This document shows, in pieces, positions 58,075 to 64,000 of a DNA stretch of 64,000 bases; within the stretch, counting starts at the first letter, position 1, and every line of letters begins with the position of its first letter. A program made the position numbers and the translations under genes. The notes under the pieces were generated by a model. The model worked only from the letters and a program-made list of their open reading frames with translations, was not told the origin of the DNA and searched no databases. The DNA comes from Bugula neritina (taxonomy: Eukaryota > Animalia > Bryozoa), in the NCBI GenBank assembly GCA_964035545.1, contig OZ037772.1:10290818-10354817 (forward strand), in the 5' to 3' direction.

Positions 58075-60564
58075 CTATAATTATGAACACAATTATTGTA
58101 AAATTCTAGGGAATAAATAGTGTAAGTATGCGTATACCCTAAATCCACAGCTGAAAGCTACAAAACCAAGATTTAATAGTTTTTTTTATAAACAACCCAT
58201 ACCTAATTGCAGGAAACTGGAATATCCAATTAAGGCGGAGTTATTAATTGACTCACTTTTTGTGTGTCCAATCAGAATAGTGGATCTCTTTTATAGGTTA
58301 GTTATTAGCATTCATAGATCTTATTGTACATATAGAACCCAATTATTTGCCAACTACTGCGCATGATGTTGACTTTTTTCTATCAATACAAGATAATATG
58401 AATAATATGACTTTTTTTTACTAGTAAAGCTCCCTCAAAGATCTTTATTATTCTATTGTTATAGTTTAGTATTACTAACATGTGACCATGCAGCTCCATT
58501 TAAAGTGAAGCTTGTATATTTTGAGTGAAAGTACATAAATATGTGGCTGATATCCATGTAGCATGCAGTGTTGACTATTAAAGACAGAACATGTCTTCTA
58601 ATATTTCTATAACTATACTCAGATTAAATATAGTCCCTTCTCACTGCTTAAACAGCTCTAACCTATAATATTATAAGATAACTCACCACAGTATATACAA
58701 CTCTAATTACTAGCAACTATAATATTATGCTTTGTACAATGTTTACTATAGGAGAGATGAAAGGTTACAAGAGGCACACAAAAGTTGTATTAAAGCATTA
58801 AATTTTATATCATTATATGGTCTGATATATAATATAACATGTCATTTTGATTGTTGTTGCTGCATAGAAATCAGTTTGAGTTTATAGAAATGTTTAAAGT
58901 TGTTTTGGTGAACAGAATGTGATGGTTGACAAAACTTTACCTGAAACTTAGTTTCTTGTGCGAAGCAGACACTGTTTTGGCTTCATCTCTGTTTTTATTA
59001 TATAACATTCAAATTCTATATAAAGATAACTTACTGAAAAAAAACTCTCTGTATATTCCAATACTTAGTAGATAGAAGTCGTTTTTCTTTTTCACCAAAT
59101 GAAGGGTAGTTCAAGTTTGTAGAAATATCAGCTGCCATATCTTTTGTAGCAAGAGCTTTTAAGTGAAAGCTTTAATTTCAGCTTATAATATCACTTAATA
59201 GTACACTGTATAATAAGCTGGAAAACGTAAGGCGAGTTTAGCTGCACTCAAATTATTAGCTGCTTTATTCCTCTAGAAAAAAAACTATTCACATGCATTA
59301 AGATAGCTTCCACATTGATTTAAAAATCAGAATTTTTGCAAAATACTAAAAACAGTTTATACTAAATAAAAATTGATTGTTTATGAAATACTGACCAATT
59401 CCTATATTTGTAACATGCCCAGTAGATGTGTGATATTTTATAGAAGGTGATAACAAAAATATTACAGAGTATTCAAAGTAAAACTGGGTAAAATTTTGGG
59501 ATTTTTCTTTATTAGACAGAGAATCAACTGATAATTAAAAAGTAATCCTATCTTTATCAAAGAAGCTGCTTATTGTAAAAAGATAATGTGCTATTTCTTG
59601 TTATACTGATAATAACTCCATATAATAACTGAAAACAGTTTCACAGCATGTCACGTATCTCAATGCAACACAGCAATCTGTTCATATTTAATAACAAAAT
59701 CTAATGCATTAGTAATTTCTAAAACAGCAAACATAGAGACAATTAATTTGGCTGGATAATTGCAAAGAACAAAAGTTTATAGCCAGGAGAAAAAATATTA
59801 GAAAATTTAAAGAAAATTTTGCAAATTTAAACTACATAATATATATGTAGCCACCACCAGTAAAAACTTTTACAGCCTATAAAGTTTACAGATTAATTAT
59901 AGAAACGTATCGTGTATAATTGATATAACACACAATAACCTGGATTTTCCGCTATATAATACACCAGTAAAAGAACTTGAGTGATAATAATGAATGAAAA
60001 CACTAATTGTACTATAATGGCAAATCACGTGGTTATAGCCTGTCTAGTAGTCCACTGTAAAGTAGGAAGTTAAACATGCAGACGTCTATAGTGAAGTGAA
60101 CTGACTTAGTTGACTCATTAAAGCAGTGACGTACTGGGAAGCTAACTCCTTATGTATGACTCAACATGTTGTGTTCTACAAAGCATAGCAGGGATGTCTA
60201 GTATATACAATATCTGCCATGTTATAATAATATAATACTATGAGACATTAGTATATATACACTGTATTATAAACCATTGCTTTATAATTTAACTATTGAT
60301 TGGTAACTAATCAGGGGAGATAACTGGTAATAATGTGCACACTACTATATAGTTGACCGACAATATTATCATAATACTATACAAATTCATAATATTTCTA
60401 TGCAATAAAAAGCAATGCAACACACAATATTATACAACAAGATGCAATGTAAAACTATTCAATGCAAAGCAGCATTATATAGAAAGATGAATTAGAAAGG
60501 CACTCAGTACCTCTCACAACATTTACTGACCTTTATTAGAGTATCCCAGTCATTTAGTTCACCT

Positions 60565-63500
60565 TCACTTCAGCTGATAAAATTTAACTTGTTTATTAGA
60601 AGACCAAACTGGAACTACTAGAGTAGAGCCAGTGAGGTGTAGATCAGGTATGAAACTGTTTTCAATAGATATCCTGGTTAGTAACTTGCCTGTTGAGATA
60701 AAAGACATAATGTTCTTTTTTTAGGAATCAAAGATAATATAAAGGAAATATATAAATATGAATGAACTAATTTCATCAAATAATAATATGCATGCATATC
60801 ATACACTTGGTATATTCTACACAGTAACTAACCTGTATGTAATGATAGTACACAGAGTGTGTTAGGTATAGTATCATCAGCCACAAATACAAACTCATCT
60901 CTATAGCAGGTCACTCCACAAGGTCTAGCCACTTCCTCGCACTGCCATATGATGTCACCTGATGAGGTGTCTACTTTGTATACTAGAGATGAGTGAAGCT
61001 GAGATATAATAATTGAGTTGTTATCTGCAGCAGACAGACGTACAAGAGCATCAGTAAGTAGAGGACAGAGTAAAGTGTTTTCTACCTCCCCATTCAGAGA
61101 GTAGACTACCAGAGTCTTATTCAGCCTGTCAGAAATAGCTATCTGATTGTTTATGATGACAAGCTGGTTTATCCGCTTCGATTTATCTGTATGAGTCCAG
61201 CTATTGATAGACTTTCCTTTAAGGTCATGAACTCTTACAGTAGAGCCAGTAGATAGAGTATATATCCTATCATTATGTACTGAGATACCCATCACATTAC
61301 CACCTTTAATAGAAATGAACGATTTAGTTACTTTGTTGTTCTCATCTATCTTGTCTACACCTCCATAACACCCAGCATATGTGATGCCTCTATAGGTGTG
61401 AACAGACATACTGCAGTATTGAGAAACTTTAATAGCTTTTATTAGTTCTACAGACTTGGGTGGTGGAGGTGAGAGAACTAGTCCTTGTTCAGGAGTTATA
61501 CTTGCTGCCCTTTCATTGGTCAGCTCAATCTCTATATTTCTTTTCTCTCCTGTAATAAAATATTGACATGCATGACATAGTAATATAATATAAAACAGCT
61601 GATACATCAGAAAAACTAGCAGATAAGTACACATACATGCATATCTTTGTGCACCACTACAAAAACCAGCAGTGCTATAGCAGCACTGCAATGATCATGC
61701 ACTTTCCATTTGAAAATTTATATTATAACTTTGGCTTTTTAGACCAGATTATTTTTATGGGAATCAACTATTGAAAAAAATTTACTGCAGAAGAAAATCA
61801 GCAGCTGCGTTCATGTCAACAAATTATTAAAGTCAATTCTAATGATATTCTATTTTAGTGATATACTACTATATTAAATTAGTTTATGTTCACCAACAAC
61901 TTGTATTAGTATTCTCCAAGAGTAAGCACAACTATTGCACAAGTGTGTAAATCTACAATGTAGTTGAGAGAAGCTTACAGATTGGGGGAGATGTAGGCCA
62001 CTCGCCCTTTCAGTGTAAATTAAACACTAAAGATCCCCACTACCATTATTTACCTTATAACTTAGTTTAATAGGATATTGTAGGGGTGTAGTGTGGCAAT
62101 AATACAAACCCAGTTTTTGAAAATAATAGTGCCTTCACCATGTTAATTTAAAACATTATTTATAATGTGTTTTTATAACACAGATCAATAGAGTGAAATA
62201 CAAGTTCATGAAAATGTAACAGTTTAAAACATAGGTATAGCTTACATACATATATACCTCAAATTCAAAAGTCAAAAAATAATTACTTAATTATGTTACT
62301 TGAATACAGCTAGATAAAAAGTGTCATAAAAGTGAACAACGTTTATAGTTCTATTCAATATCTTGTTTCAGGTAGTTTTGCATATTAATAACATAAAACT
62401 GACCTTTAACATCTATAAAACTGACCTTTGAGCTCCACAGATGTTACAAGATCAAAATGTGCCAACCTAGGAACCTCTTCTGTCAACAGTCTATCAATCT
62501 CCTTCTTCATATCACGATATGACTTGATGATGTCAACCTAACAGTATCATATATAATACAGATATTGTGACATTATGTAACAGGTGTTTGGAAGGTATAT
62601 AGTTATAGTTATGGAGAATGGCAGTGCTGAGAATGAACAATGAAATCAACAACAATTCTATATTTGACACCAACAAAACCATCTAAAAACAGCAGTGCAA
62701 TGCAAAATATTGAAGGATAGAGATTGCTATGCTGTATTAGGGAAACAGACTATACTGCCAACTATAAATGGGTAAGGTTTATTCTAATAAACTGTACCTT
62801 AAGGGAGCACAGATTTCAAAGCTGACGCTAATGTGCAGTGGGCTATGCTATTAAATACAGTATACTATAAATATAGCATTATACAGTATCATATAGTATT
62901 ATACTGCAGTATTCTATGATACTATACAATATTCTATGGTATTATACAATATCATATAGTGTTGCGTAGTGTCCTATGGTACTATACAGTATGCTATGAT
63001 ATTAAGAGTACTATGGTATTATTGTATTATACAGTATCTTACGGTATTATAATGCAGTGTCATATAGTGTTAGTACACTGGGTACCTTGCAGACCGACAG
63101 CAAATAAAATGGAATACTCTGGTGACTGGAGGCCACTCTGTAAAACTTAACTTGGGCTGAGCCACAATGACAGCATTTTTCAAATTACTTCATTCCAAAT
63201 TGTTATAAATCATTACACAATGAAGTCCCATTAACTACTCCAGGCTGCATGTTTTAGCATGTACACAAAGATACATGTATTTAAAAAGTATTTTTTCCAC
63301 TCTAATTTATATATCTGATCGAGCAACATAATTTTATGTTTATGCCTTTGAGGGTGGCATAAATGTTGGACAGTCCTGTGTTATACAGCATGATATGTTA
63401 TAGTACAGTTCCATTACTGCCTTTATTGGTTATTACCTAATTCATTTTCTACTTATGTACTCTTTAGATGTTATTTACAGATAGAGAAACAATGAATATA

Positions 63501-64000
63501 GAATTTATATAAAGACATTGAAATATATAAAAATTCTACAGATCTTAACATCTACTATATATGCTCTACAACTAACCTCATGACTTTGGTCTAACTTAGC
63601 CTCTATTCCTGTTCTGTGATTATACAGCTCACAATATCTAGCCCCAACTTCCTCTACCATGAAATTCACTGCTCGACTCTCAGTCTTTTCTCTCTTCTCC
63701 ACCAGTTCTTTCTCCAGTTTGTCATACTTCTGTTGAATAGCTGCTATCTAAATACATTCACATTAAATGTTAGACAAGTTAGAATAGTTTGAGGAGTGTC
63801 TGAGTGTATAACCATCTTGCATCTACCAAAAAGGTAGCTTATCTCAGATGATTATAAAAAAAGCTATAAACAAACTCTCACAGTTTCTATATGATCTTTA
63901 TAATTATGAAATTTAAAAACCATGTGTAATAATCACCTGATCATCACGCTGTTTACATAGCATCCCCAGTAGCTTCTCGGTTTCAGCTCTAAACTCATCA
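60565..64000 (-). CDS. TRIM-like copy 5, 3' part (coiled coil and propeller); the 5' end is beyond the window
   Basis: Exons 64000-63937 (partial), 63747-63577, 62537-62426, 61549-60833 and 60689-60565 (FYQLK, TGA); all are open. Confidence 0.85.

Overview
AT-rich, intron-containing animal (invertebrate-type) genomic DNA; no prokaryotic features. Left end, minus strand: a prostaglandin E synthase 2 (PTGES2/mPGES-2) gene with seven readable exons (5998-3067) whose C-terminal exon(s) I cannot find. It is followed 226 nt later by four exons of a synaptotagmin-type tandem-C2 gene (2840-858) that has no visible 5' end. From about 8.4 kb to the right edge lies a tandem array of five minus-strand TRIM-like genes (RING-HC, two B-boxes, coiled coil, NHL-like beta-propeller; 8 coding exons, about 607 aa). 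Copies 1 and 4 look intact, copy 2 has a 1-nt frameshift, copy 3 has a 2.56-kb DNA transposon inside its RING exon, and copy 5 runs off the window. Two orphan last-exon relics mark further deleted copies. Paralog differences concentrate at periodic loop positions of the propeller, which suggests a diversifying recognition repertoire under birth-and-death evolution. The array also holds many MITEs, tRNA-derived SINEs, a mariner remnant and microsatellites. All exon boundaries and translations were read by eye; no database searches were run.
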